From Scyliorhinus canicula (taxonomy: Eukaryota): a stretch of 64,000 nucleotides of DNA. This document shows positions 22,706-34,927 of this stretch, one piece after another. Each line of letters starts with the position of its first letter. Within the stretch, counting starts at the first letter, position 1. The position numbers and the translations under genes were made by a program. The notes under the pieces were generated by a model. That model did no database searches. It saw only the letters and a program-made list of their open reading frames with translations, and had not been told where the DNA came from. The stretch lies in assembly GCF_902713615.1 (NCBI RefSeq), contig NC_052158.1:52918823-52982822 (forward strand), given 5' to 3'.

Positions 22706-23352
22706 GGGTCTCGTGGGGAGCGTGCTTTTCCGAACAATCACCCGTATAGGTCTCCGCAATTTCCCCCTCCTAAGTTTGCCACGTCTAACAGTTCCTTCAG
22801 TAGTGTTTGTCTCGGCACCCATGGGCATGTCCTTGTTTTCCCTACGAAGGAAGTTTTTGACTTGTGTAAATCACAATTCATTCCTCCTGGCCAGTTGGAA
22901 CTTCTCTGTCAGTTCGTCTCGTGTCGTCAGTCTGTTGTCTGTGTAGAAGTCACTAACTCTCAGCAGTCCCCCCTTCCTGTCTCCATCTTTTGAAGATGGC
23001 ACCCATGTTGGCTGGCGCTGACCTGTGATTGTTGCAGATGGGGACCATAGTGAGCATTTCGATCAGACTGGTCTTAATTGTTTCCACGTGGCTACCACCC
23101 CTGGGCTTATAGAGGGCTTGGCTTGTAGGGATGGGAGCGCTGCTGTGGCCAGGGAATGGAGAAACAGCCCTGGAGATGAGGTGTCCTCTATTTTACCCAT
23201 TCAGCTTGTGGTTCCTTTCCCCATCCCCTCACTATTTCTGCTGTGGCTGCCCAGTGGTAATATTTCAGGTTTGGGAGGGCCAAGCCTCCCATGCTTCTAG
23301 TTCTTTGTCTAGCACTTTTTTGAGAATCCTTGGGTTCCTCTTCCCCCACACA

Positions 23353-24052
23353 ACATAGAACATAGAACATAGAACAGAACAGCACAGAACAGGCCCTTCG
23401 GCCCTCGATGTTGTGCCGAGCAATGATCACCCTACTCAAACCCACGTATCCACCCTATACCCGTAACCCAACAACTCCCCCCTTAACCATACTTTTTAGG
23501 ACACTACGGGCAATTTAGCATGGCCAATCCACCTAACCTGCACATCTGGGGCAGCAGGGTAGCATGGTGGTTAGCATAAATGCTTCACAGCTCCAGGGTC
23601 CCAGGTTCGATTCCCGGCTGGGTCACTGTCTGTGTGGAGTCTGCACGTCCTCCCCCTGTGTGCGTGGGTTTCCTCCGGGTGCTCCGGTTTCCTCCCACAG
23701 TCCAAAGATGTGTGGGTTAGGTGGATTGGCCATGCTAAATTGCCCGTAGTGTCCTAATAAAAGTAAGGTTAAGGTGGGGGTTGTTGGGTTACGGGTATAG
23801 GGTGGATGCGTGGGTTGAGTAGGGTGATCATGGCTCGGCACAACATTGAGGGCCGAAGGGCCTGTTCTGTGCTGTACTGTTCTATGTTCTATCTTTGGAC
23901 TGTGGGAGGAAAGCGGAGCACCCGGAGGAAACCCACGCACACACGGGGAGGATGTGCAGACTCCGCACAGACAGTGACCCAGCCGGGAACCGAACCTGGG
24001 ACCCTGGAGCTGTGAAGCATTTATGCTAACCACCATGCTACCGTGCTGCCCG
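23353..24052. mobile_element. Minus-strand V-SINE interrupted by a plus-strand V-SINE (23549-23890)
   Basis: The core sequence CACATCT|TTGGACTG is split around the nested copy with an ATCT duplication. Confidence 0.88.
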
Positions 24053-24200
24053 TATAATGCCATAATAATTTTTTCTACTGTGTTAAAGAAGGCCTTGGGG
24101 ATGAAGATCAGGAGGAATCAAAACAGGAAGAGGAACCTGGGCAGCAAATTCATTTTGATCGTCTGCACCCTTCCCGTCAGGCAGAGTGGGAGTGTGTCAG

Positions 24201-25010
24201 AGGCGGCGGAAGAGGATTCTGGGAGAAATCACCTCAGTCTCCTTAACTGCACTGAGGGTACCCGAAGAACCCCTCCAGTGACAAACAGGAAGAATACAGG
24301 AAGAAACAGGGTAGCACGGTAGCATGGTGGTTAGCACAATTGCTTCACAGTTCCAGGGTCCCAGGTTCGATTCCCGGCTTGGATCACTGTCTGTGTGGAG
24401 TCTGCACGTTCTCCCCGTGTGTGCGTGGGTTTCCTCTGGGTGCTCCGGTTTCCTCCCACAGTCCCAAGATGTGCAGGTTAGGTGGATTGGCCATGATAAA
24501 TTGCCCTTAGTGTCCAAAATTGCTCTTAGTGTTGGGTCGGGTTACTGGGTTATTGGGATAGGGTGGAGGTGTGGGCTTGGGTAGGATGCTCTTTCAAAGA
24601 GCCGGTGCAGACTCGATGGGCCGAATGGCCTCCTTCTGCGCTGTAAATTCAATGATTAGATCATGATCCAGTGGAGGCGGCAGAAGAGGATTCTGGGAGA
24701 AGTAAACTCAGTCACCTTGACTGTACTGTGGGTAGCCGAAGACGTGGGATCAAAGAACGTTTAAGCCCAAAACACTAGATTAGTGTTTCCCTCCCTCCCT
24801 CCTCCACTAACCTAAAAAAAGGCATTGTGAAGAGACAAGTAGGATATCACAGCCAGCAGATTAATTCTGGGAGAAGTCAACTCAGTCACCTCGATTGTAC
24901 TGTGGGTAGCCGAAGAACCCCTCCAGTGACAAACAAGACCGACGTCCAGCAGAGGCAGCAGAAGAGGATTCTGGGAGAAGTCAACTCAGTCACCTCAACC
25001 AGCAGGAAGT
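24201..25010 (+). repeat. CR1 5'UTR monomer repeats
   Basis: GAGGCGGCAGAAGAGGATTCTGGGAGAAGTCAACTCAGTCACCT variants at ~24201, 24675, 24858 and 24950. Confidence 0.7.
24309..24655 (+). mobile_element. V-SINE
   Basis: Head, B box, core and tail all present. Confidence 0.9.
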
Positions 25011-25737
25011 AATTGGTTGGTGACTGGTTTTCTCTTGGCATTGTAGTTGTTGTTGTAAGTTAATTTAAGGGTTAAGTGGCTTGAGAGGCGGTGTAAGTGG
25101 GAGGGATTGAAATTCCTGGGACACCGGAACTAGTTCTGGGGGAGGTGGGATTAGTACAAACCAGATGGTCTGCACCTGGGCAGGACTGGAACCAATGTCC
25201 TCGGGGGTGTTGTGTGCTAGCGTTGGGGAGGGTTTAAACTAATGTGGCAGGGGGATGTAGGAAGTCAGAGGGAATTAACTTGTGGGCAGAAACAAAAAGC
25301 AGTAAGGGGAAAAGTGAATGGCAGAGAAACCAAAGTCAAAAATCAAAAAGGATCACAGTACAGAGACTGTGGGGAATTCAGTGAATGGGTTCAGTAAGAC
25401 TATGAAAAATAAAACACAGGGAGAGTGCACAAAACATGACCAGGCAGATGGTCTGAGAATGCAGGGCAGAGGTCAAGGGAAGCCTAGATTAAACTTCATT
25501 TATTTCAATGCAAGAGGCCTGATGGGCAAGGCAGATGAACTCAGGGCATGGATGGGTAACTGGGACTGGGATATTATAGCTATTACTGAACCATGGCTAA
25601 GGGAGGGGCACGACTAGCAGGTCAATGTTCCAGGGTCCACATAGAACATAGAACATAGAACGATACAGCGCAGTACAGGCCCTTCGGCCCACGATGTTGC
25701 ACCGACATGGGAAGTCAAAAACTAAAGGCCATCTAAC

Positions 25738-28500
25738 CTACACTATGCCATTATCATCCATATGTTTATCCAATAAACTTTTAAATGCCCTCAATGTTGG
25801 CGAGTTCACTACTGTTGCAGGTAGGGCATTCCACGGTCTCACCACTCTTTGCGTAAAAAACCTACCTCTGACGTCTGTCCTATATCTATTACCCCTCAAT
25901 TTAAGGCTATGTCCCCTCGTGTTAGCCACCTCCATCCGCGGGAGAAGGCTCTCACTGTCCACCCTATCTAACCCTCTGATCATTTTGTATGCCTCTATTA
26001 AGTCACCTCTTAACCTTCTTCTCTCTAACGAAAACAACCTCAAGTCCATCAGCCTTTCCTCATAAGATTTTCCCTCCATACCAGGCAACATCCTGGTAAA
26101 TCCCCTCTGCACCCGTTCCAAAGCTTCCACGTCCTTCCTATAATGAGGCGACCAGAACTATACGCAATACTCCAAATGCGGCCGTAGTAGAGTTTTGTAC
26201 AGCTGCAACATGACCTCATGGCTCCGGAACTCAATCCCTCTACCAATAAAGGCCAACACACCATAGGCCTTCTTCACAACCCTATCAACCTGGGTGGCAA
26301 CTTTCAGGGATCTATGTACATGGACACCGAGATCCCTCTGCTCATCCACACTGCTAAGAATTTTACCATTAGCCAAATATTCCGCATTCCTGTTATTCTC
26401 TCCAAAGTGAATCACCTCACACTTCTCTACATTAAACTCCATTTGCCACCTCTCAGCCCAGCTCTGCAGCTTATCTATGTCCCTCTGTAACCTGCAACAT
26501 CCTTCCACACTGTCTACAACTCCACCGACTTTAGTGTCGTCTGCAAATTTACTCACCCAACCTTCTGTGTCCTCCTCTAGGTCATTTATAAAAATGACAA
26601 ACAGCAACGGCCCCAGAACAGATCCTTGTGGTACGCCACTCGTAACTGAACTCCATTCTGAACATTTGCCATCAACCACCACCCTCTGTCTTCTTTCAAC
26701 TAGCCAATTTCTGATCCACATCTCTAAATCACCCTCAAACCCCAGCCTCCGTATTTTCTGCAATAGACGACCGTGGGGAACCTTATCAAACGCTTTACTG
26801 AAATCCATATACACCACATCAACTGCTCTACCCTCGTCTACCTGTTCAGTCACCTTCTCAAAGAACTCGATAAGGTTTGTGAGGCATGACCTACCCTTCA
26901 CAAAAACATGCTGACTATCCCTAATCATATTATTCCTATCTAGATGATTATAAATCGTATCTCTTATAATCCTCTCCAAGACTTTACCCACAACAGACGT
27001 GAGGCTCACCGGCCTATAGTTACCGGGGTTATCTCTACTCCCCTTCTTGAACAAAGGGACCACATTTGCTATCCTCCAGTCCTCTGGCACTATTCCTGTA
27101 GCCAATGATGACCTAAAAATCAAAGCCAAAGGCTCAGCAATCTCTTCCCTGGCTTCCCAGAGAATCCTAGGATAAATCCCATCAGGCCCCGGGGACTTAT
27201 CTATTTTCACCTTGTCCAGAATTGCCAACACTTCTTCCCTACACACCTCAATGCCATCTATTCTAATAGCCTGGGTCTCAGCATTCTCCTCCACAACATT
27301 ATCTTTTTCCTGAGTGAATACTGACGAAAAGTATTTAGTATCTCGCTTATCTCCTCAGCCTCCACACACAACTTCCCACCACTGTCCTTGACTGGCCCTA
27401 CTCTTACCCTAGTCATTCTTTTATTCCTGACATACCTATAGAAAGCTTTTGGGTTTTCCTTGATCCTACCTGCCAAAGACTTCTCATGTCCCCTCCTTGC
27501 TCGTCTTAGCTCTCTCTTTAGATCCTTCCTTGCTTCCTTGTAACTATCAAGCGCCCCAACTGAAACTTCACGCCTCATCTTCACATAGGCCTCCTTCTTC
27601 CTCTTAACAAGTGATTCCACTTCTTTGTTAAACCACGGTTCCCTCGCTCGACCCCTTCCTCCCTGCCTGACTGGTACGTACTTATCAAGAACATGCAATA
27701 GCTGTTCCTTGAACAAGCTCCACATATCCAGTGTGCCCAACCCTTGCAGCCTACTTCTCCAACCTACACATCCTAAGTCATGTCTAATGGCATCATAATT
27801 GCCCTTCCCCCAGCTATAACTCTTGCCCTGCCGGGTATACTTATCCCTTTCCATCACTAACGTAAAGGTCACCGAATTGTGGTCACTGTTTCCAAAGTGC
27901 TCACCTACCTCCAGATCTAACACCTGGCCTGGTTCATTACCCAAAACCAAATCCAATGTGGCCTCGCCTCTTGTTGGCCTGTCAACATGTTGTGTCAGGA
28001 AACCCTCCTGCACACATTGTACAAAGAACGACCCATCTAATGTACTCGAACTATATCTTTTCCAGTCAATATTTGGAAAGTTAAAGTCTCCCATAACAAC
28101 TACCCTGTTACTTTCGCTCTTTTCCAGAAGCATCTTTGCAATCCTTTCCTCTACATCCCTAGAACTATTAGGTGGCCTATAGAAAACTCCCAACAGGGTG
28201 ACCTCTCCTTTCCTGTTTCTAACCTCAGCCCATACTACCTCGGAAGAAGAGTCCCCATCTAGCATCCTTTCCGCCACCGTAATACTGTCCTTGACTAGCA
28301 GCGCCACACCTCCCCCTCTTTTGCCCCCTTCTCTGAGCTTACTAAAACACCTAAACCCCGGAACCTGCAACAACCATTCCTGTCCCTGCTCTATCCATGC
28401 CTCTGAAATGGCCACAACATCAAAGTCCCAGGTACCAACCCATGCTGCCAGTTCCCCTACCTTATTTCATATACTCCTGGCATTGAAGTAGACACACTTC
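25738..28500 (-). pseudogene. CR1 ORF2 (APE endonuclease + RT), frameshifted
   Basis: GDFNFPNIDW, SDHN (27258-28415); PGPDG, DFSKAFDKV, PQGSVLGP, FADD (26158-27294); C-terminus 25738-26130. Confidence 0.93.
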
Positions 28501-28558
28501 AAACCACCTACCTGAACACTGGCACCCTCCTGCGAAGTCAAATCTGTGCTCCTGACCT

Positions 28559-29557
28559 CTATACTCTCAATCTCCCGTACCCCAAAACTACAATCCAGGT
28601 TCCCATGCCCCTGCTGAATTCGTTTAAACCCCCCCAAAGAGCACTAACAAATCTCCCCCCCAGGATATTGGTGCCCCTCAGGTTCAGATGTAGACCATCC
28701 TGTCTATAGAGGTCCCACCTTCCCCAGTTATCCAGAAATCTGAATCCCTCCCGCCTGCACCATCCCTGTAGCCACGTGTTTAATTGCTCTCTCTCCCTAT
28801 TCCTCATCTCACTATCACGTGGCACGGGCAACAACCCAGAGATAACAACTCTGTTTGTTCTCGCTCTGAGCTTCCATCCTAGCTCCCTAAAGGCCTGCCT
28901 GACATCCTTGTCCCCTTTCCTACCTATGTCGTTAGTGCCAATGTGGACTACGACTTGGGGCTGCTCCCCCTCCCCCTTAAGGACCCGGAAAACACGATCC
29001 GAGACATCACGTACCCTTGCACCTGGGAGGCAACATACCAAACGTGAGTCTCTCTCGCTCCCACAAAATCTCCAATCTGTGCCCCTGACTATTGAGTCCC
29101 CAATTACTAATGTTCTACTCCTTTCCCCCCTTCCCTTCTGAGCAACAGGGACAGACTCCGTGCCAGAGGCCCGTACCCCATGGCTTACCCCTGGTAAGTC
29201 GTCCCCCCCACAAGTATCCAAAACGGTATACTTGTTACTCAGGGGAACGACCGCAGGGGGCCCCTGCACTGACTGCTTCTTCCCAGTCCCTCTTACAGTT
29301 ACCCATCTATCTCCAGTCTTTGGTGTAACTACTTCCCTGAAGCTCCTATCTATGACCCTCTCTGCCTCCCGAATGATCCGAAGTTCATCCAGCTCAAGCT
29401 CCAGGTCCCTAACACGGTTTTTGAGGAGCTGGAGTTGGGTGCACTTCCCACAGATGAAATCAGCAGGGACACTGACGGCGTCCCTCACCTCAAACATTCT
29501 GCAGGAGGAGCATTGTACTGCCTTCCCTGACATCACCTCTAGATTTAGAAAAAACAA
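28559..29557 (-). CDS. CR1 ORF1: zinc finger/leucine zipper + SGNH esterase-like domain
   Basis: CSSC..CGKC, heptad LELELDEL, GDS motif (VIGDSIVRG), GTND, DGLH; open for 332 codons. Confidence 0.9.
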   Translation of the reverse strand: MFFLNLEVMSGKAVQCSSCRMFEVRDAVSVPADFICGKCTQLQLLKNRVRDLELELDELRIIREAERVIDRSFREVVTPKTGDRWVTVRGTGKKQSVQGPPAVVPLSNKYTVLDTCGGDDLPGVSHGVRASGTESVPVAQKGRGERSRTLVIGDSIVRGTDWRFCGSERDSRLVCCLPGARVRDVSDRVFRVLKGEGEQPQVVVHIGTNDIGRKGDKDVRQAFRELGWKLRARTNRVVISGLLPVPRDSEMRNREREQLNTWLQGWCRREGFRFLDNWGRWDLYRQDGLHLNLRGTNILGGRFVSALWGGLNEFSRGMGTWIVVLGYGRLRV

Positions 29558-30746
29558 GAAAAATAAAAATAAAGGAAGAGCTTACCTGATATTCCCTCAA
29601 ACCCTGCTCCCGCTGAAAGGTAAGCAAATTTAAAGGCACTCACACCTTCACGACAGGCCCCTGCTCCCGCTTTCCAACGACCGTGGGCTTTTTTTTTGGT
29701 TAGAGGAGGAGGTAGGGTGGGAAACACTGACGAAGTGTTTCGGGTTTAACTGTCACTTGGCAACAGCCCTTCCACAAACCACCTTCAAATTAGGCTGACC
29801 GCACTGCACGTATGCAAATTTCCCCAGAACAGCTGATCAGTAGCTCTGCTCTGCTGCCCTCTGCTGGATGCTTGCCTTCACTCAAACTCCTTGGGACTCC
29901 TTCGCAGGTACACCTTCAAATTAGGCTGCTGCAGGAAAGATAGGACAGGAGGTAAGAGTGAAGGGGGAGATGCGTTTTTGATTAGGGAGAATATCACAGA
30001 AGTACTGAGAGGGGATAGATCCGAGGGTTCTGTATGGGTAGAACTGAAAAATAAGAAGGGAGAGATGACTTTGATAAGATTGTACTACAGGCCCTCAAAT
30101 AGTTAATGAGAAATTGAGGAGCAAATATGCAAGGTGATTGCAGAGAGCTGCGAGAAAAATAGTGTGGTAATAGGTAAAACTTCAATTTTCCCAACATTGA
30201 CTGGGACAGCCATACAATAGGGGCATGGCTGGAGGGAGATTTGTTGAGTGTATTCAGGAGGAATTTCTCATTTAGTATGTGGATGGCCCGACCTCCTTTT
30301 GAGAAATAAGGAAGGGCAGTAGTTAGTGAGGGACCACTTTAGGACCAGTGACCATAATTCCATGAGTTTTAAGATAACTATGGAGAATGATAGTTCTGGC
30401 CCAAAAGTAAAAATGCTAATTTGGAGCAAGGCTAATTTTGATGGTATTCCACAGGAACTTTCAAAAGTTGATTGGGGAGTCTGTTGGCAGACAAAGGGAC
30501 GGCTGGTAAGTGGGAGTCTTACAAAAGTGTGTTAACCAGGGTTCAGGTTAAGCACATTGATTTTCGAGTGAAGGGCAAGTCTGGTCGAGGTAGGGAACCC
30601 TGGATGACTTGGATATTGAGGCCCTGGTCAAAAAGAAGAAGGTATATAACATGCATAGACAGCTCGGGTTAAGTGGATCCATTGAAGAGTATAGAGGTTG
30701 TCAGAGTAGAGATAAAAGAGAAATCAAGAGGGAAAAGGGGACATCA

Positions 30747-31290
30747 GGGGCTGGATTCTCCAATTGGCGGTGCCAAAATCGCAGAATCCGTTTTTACGCT
30801 GAAAGCGGGAGGCACTGTTTTTAGGACGCTCCGCCCCCTCAAAAATGGCGTAATCACTGAGTACACCGCACGCCACTGGGACGGCCTCAGGATGTCACCT
30901 GTGACCCTGCCCCGATGGGCTGACTTCCAATTGTGTGGGACATGTGTCCTCTCAACTATCGTCAACCTGGCATGGCGGCTGCGGACTGGGCCCAGCGTTG
31001 CCACGGTAGAGGGGGCGAGCCGTTCCGCTGGCTGGGGGGGCTTTGACGGGGGTTGGGGTGGCTGGTGTGGTTGGTCCAGGGGTGGCGAGGGGGGTTACAG
31101 AGGGGCACTATCTGGCAGGCCGGGTTGTACGGCACTGCAACTGCAGGACGCCGTCGTGCACATGCGCGGCCACGGACCCGGCACCGGCAATTCTTCATCA
31201 GTATCTGCAAGTAAAGCCGGGGGCTTTACATGGTACGGCTGGTAGCCTCGCACCATTCGGAGCATCGGTGCGGGGGCGGTGCCAAATTTT
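30747..31290. mobile_element. GC-rich MITE-like element, right end lost
   Basis: Left TIR GGGGCTGGATTCTCC. Confidence 0.65.
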
Positions 31291-31297
31291 TGGTCGT

Positions 31298-32445
31298 TTG
31301 ATAAGGTTCCCCACGGTAGGCTATTGCAGAAAATACAGAAGTATGGGATTGAAGGTTATTTAGCGGTTTGGATCAGTAATTGGCTAGCTGAAAGAAGACA
31401 GAGGGTGGTGGTTGATGGCAAATGTTCATCCTGGAGTTCAGTTACTAGTGGTGTACCGCAAGGATCTGTTTTGGGGCCACTGCTGTTTGTCATTTTTATA
31501 AATGACCTGGAAGAGGGTGTAGAAGGATGGGTTAGTAAATTTGCAGGTGACACGAAGGTCGGTGGAGTTGTGGATAGTGTTGAAGGATGTTATAGGATAC
31601 AGAGGGACATAGATAAGCTGCAGAGCTGGGCTGAGAGGTGGCAGATGGAGGTTAATGCGGAAAAGTGTGAGGTGGTTCACTTTGGAAGGAGTAACAGGAA
31701 TGCAGAGTACTGAGCTAATGGCAAGATTCTTGGTAGTGTAGATGAACAGAGAGATCTCGGCATCGAGGTACATAAATCCCTGAAAGTTGCCACCCAGGTT
31801 AATAGGGTTGTTAAGAAGGCATATGGTGTGCTAGCCTTTATCAGTAGGGGGATTGAGTTTCGGAGCCACGAGGTCATGCTGCAGCTGTACATAACTCTGG
31901 TGCGGCCGCACCTGGAGTACTGCGTGCAGTTCTGGTCACCACATTATAGGAAGGATATGGAAGCTTTGGAAAGGGTTCAGAGGAGATTTACTAGGATGTT
32001 GCCTGGTATGGAGGGAAGGTCTTACGAGGAAAGGCTCAGGGACTTGAGGTTGTTTTCGTTAGAGAGGAGAAGGCTGAGAGGTGACTTAATAGAGACATAT
32101 AAGATAGTCAGAGGGTTAGATAGGGTGGTCAGTGAGAGTCTTTTTCCTCGGATGGTAATGACCAACACGAGGGGACATAGCTTTAAATTGAGGGGTGGTA
32201 GATATAGGACAGATGTCAGAGGCAGTTTCTTTACTCAGAGAGTAGTAGGGGTGTGGAACGCCCTGCCTGCAACAGTAGTAGACTCGCCAACTTTAAGGAC
32301 ATTTAAGTGGTCACTGGATAGACATATGGATGAAAATGGAATAGTGTAGGTCAGATAGGCTTCAGATGGTTTCACAGGTCGGCGCAACATCGAGGGCCGA
32401 AGGGCCCGTACTGCGCTGTAATGTTCTATGTTCTATGTTCTAAGA
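31298..32445 (+). mobile_element. CR1 3' fragment (same family as 25641-29880)
   Basis: FDKVPHGRLL, PQGSVLGP, LVRPHLEYCVQFWSP; tail GTTCTATGTTCTATGTTC. Confidence 0.93.
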
Positions 32446-33444
32446 CTAGACACATGTTCCGGACATAGCCTCAAAATCGGAGACTCCAGCTTTGGCAGAT
32501 AAGACAAAGGAGAATTCAAAGGGCTTCTACAAATATATAAATGTGAAAAGAGTAACGAGGGAGAGAGTAGGGTCTCTTCAGGATCCAGAAGGTCATCTAT
32601 GTGTGGGTCCACAAGAGATGAGCGAGATCCTAAATGAATATTTCTCATCAGTAATTACTTTTGAGAAAGGCATGGATGTTAGGAAACTCGGGGAAATCAA
32701 TCGTGATGTCTTGAGGACTATACATGTTACAGAGAAGGTGCTTGAAGTCTTAAAGCCCATCAAGGTAGAGGTTAGGGGAGACTTCCGGGTGTGCATTATG
32801 GAGTGAGTGTGCACACAGAGGCAGCTCCTGCCTAAGATTGCAGAAAAGAGCTCTTTTTTGGGCAGCACGGGTTGGAATTTCGATGAAAAGGCGTGGGTGA
32901 AGGTTCAAGGAGTATTTTCCCCCAGGAATAGGATGTTTCTTGGTTATCAGACCCTTAGAAACAGTGCAGGATTTGTCTGAACAGCAACAAACAAAAGCAA
33001 GCATGCTAGCGGGGGAAGGGCCAGCTTATAGGTCTCAAGCTGACCTGAGGGCCTTTATGAAAGCTGAATTCCAGCAGCAGAGGGAAGAACTGTGAAAAGA
33101 TCTCACCAAGGCCATTGAAGAAGCGGAGACGGACTTCCGGTAGTGGTGATGCGGAGCTAAGCCGCACGTTCAGTGGCTCCCACTATTTTCGGACTTTGGG
33201 GCTCTTTTAAGGGCTCGCAGTGGTGCTGTTTGGGCTTTTCCCCGTGGGGGAACACTCCTTCTCAGATTCTCCACCGGTGGATGGCCTGGACTAGGAGTGG
33301 AGCGGTCAGAAAATCGGCTTTGTAGGTGCGGCACCGCAGCTCCCGCTACTTAAGGACTTTTGGGCCGATTTGAGGGGCCCAAACGGCGCTGTCTCAACGA
33401 ATCCCGGTGGGGGAAGGTGTCTAGAGGCGCATTCCCCATAATTT

Positions 33445-34289
33445 ATGGTGCTCACCCGGAGTGGGGCAAAGGAAAAAGCTGCAGCAGCTCCCCAAGAAAA
33501 GCGGAGGAAGCAGGACAAAATGGCGGCCGGCGGAACACCCGAGGACTGGTGGAAGTGGGCGCAGGAGCAGCAGGCCTCTCTTCTGCGCTGTTTTGCGGAG
33601 CTGAAGGCTGAGTTGCTGGACTCCCTGAATGCAACTACCAACAAGCTGCTTGGGACCCAGGCGGCCCAGGAGGCGTCTATTCGGGAATTGCAGCAGCAGG
33701 CCGCTGAGCGGGAGGAGGAGGCCGTGGTCCTCGTGGGGAAAGTGGAGTTGCACGAGGCACTTCACAAAAAGTGGCAAGACCGCTTGGAGGAGCTGGACGT
33801 TCGCACGAGGCGAAAGAATTTGAGGATCCTGGGCCTGGCGGAGGGGCTGGAAGGGTCGGATCTCCCGTCGTACGTGACCATGATGTTGAGCTCGATGATG
33901 GGAGCGGGGTCCTTCCATTTGCCCCTGGAGCTGGAGGGAGCTCACAGAGTGCTGGCCAGGAGGCCTAAGGCAAATGAACCCCCGCGGGCGGTGCTGGTGC
34001 GGTTCATCGATTTAGTGACCGGGAGTGTGTGCTGCGCTGGGCCAAGAAAGAGAGGAGCAGCAAGTGGGAGAATTCGATAGTGCGAATCTATCAGGACTGG
34101 AGTGCGGAGGTGGCAAAGCGGCGGGCCGGGTTCAACCGGACGAAGGCGGTGCTGCATGCCAAGCAGGTCAGATTTGGAATGCTGCAGCCTGCGCGTCTGT
34201 GGGTGACATATAAGGACCGGCACCACTACTTCGAGTCCCCGGAGGAGGCGTGGGCCTTTGTACAGGCGGAGAAGCTGGACTCGAACTAG
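33445..34289 (+). pseudogene. L1 ORF1 (coiled coil + RRM/CTD-like), one frameshift
   Basis: RRKNLRILGLAEGLEG, LEGAHRV, then frame 34029-34289 RIYQDWSAEVAKRRAGF..GMLQPARLWVTY. Confidence 0.88.
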
Positions 34290-34927
34290 GGTCTGGGGAC
34301 ACGCTATGGCCGTTGCTGTTTTTGCTGTTGCTGTTCTTCAATTTTGACACGTGTTTTTTTTATGCTGGTTTTCTCTTTTGCTCTGTTTCCGGGTGGGTTT
34401 GTCTGTTGGGTATGGGTGTGGGGTAAGTGGGGAACGTTGGGGGCATGTGCTTTATATGTTCTCTTCGGTACGGGGCTGGGGGTTGGGGTGAAACTGGATT
34501 TTGAGGAGCTGCGTCAGAAGGGTGGGGTGTGGCAGTGTGAAAGCGCGGGCTTTCCTCTGGTTGTCCGCGCTGCGGGGCAGGGGGGGCGGAGCTGGAGGTG
34601 GGGGCGTGGCCTTCACTGGTTTTCTTTCCCGCGCTGAAGCGGGGCCAAGTAGGTGTGGCAAGAGGGGGATGACCCCATGCCGGGAGGAGATGGGTTTTGG
34701 CAGGAGCAGCCGGGTCAGCAGAAGTCAGCTGACTCACGGAAGTACCATGGGGGGTGCGTCGCGGCTAGGAGGGGCCCTAGCCTGGGGGGGTGGGGGGGGA
34801 TACCGGGTTGCTGCTGGAATGGCCAGGAAGGAGCTGGCATGGGCCGGGGGGGTAGAGGAGAGGCGTTATCGCCATGGGGAACGGGTCAGGCGGGGCGAGC
34901 TGGCCTGGGGCGAGCAGTCGATAAGCT

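Larger units (their letters stand above)
15620..24200 (-). mobile_element. L1-clade LINE ORF2 remnant split by nested insertions (15620-16529, 22120-22145, 22705-23352, 24053-24200)
   Basis: WLADLWEFLQ, HLTRARMNRFFPDMEDKCERCQ, GGLALPNLKYYHWAA motifs; continuity across the GCTCC TSD of the Gypsy B insertion. Confidence 0.8.
25641..29880 (-). mobile_element. Near full-length CR1 (HER1-like) LINE
   Basis: (CATAGAA)n tail at 25641, ORF2 in three frameshifted pieces, intact ORF1, 5'UTR. Confidence 0.95.
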
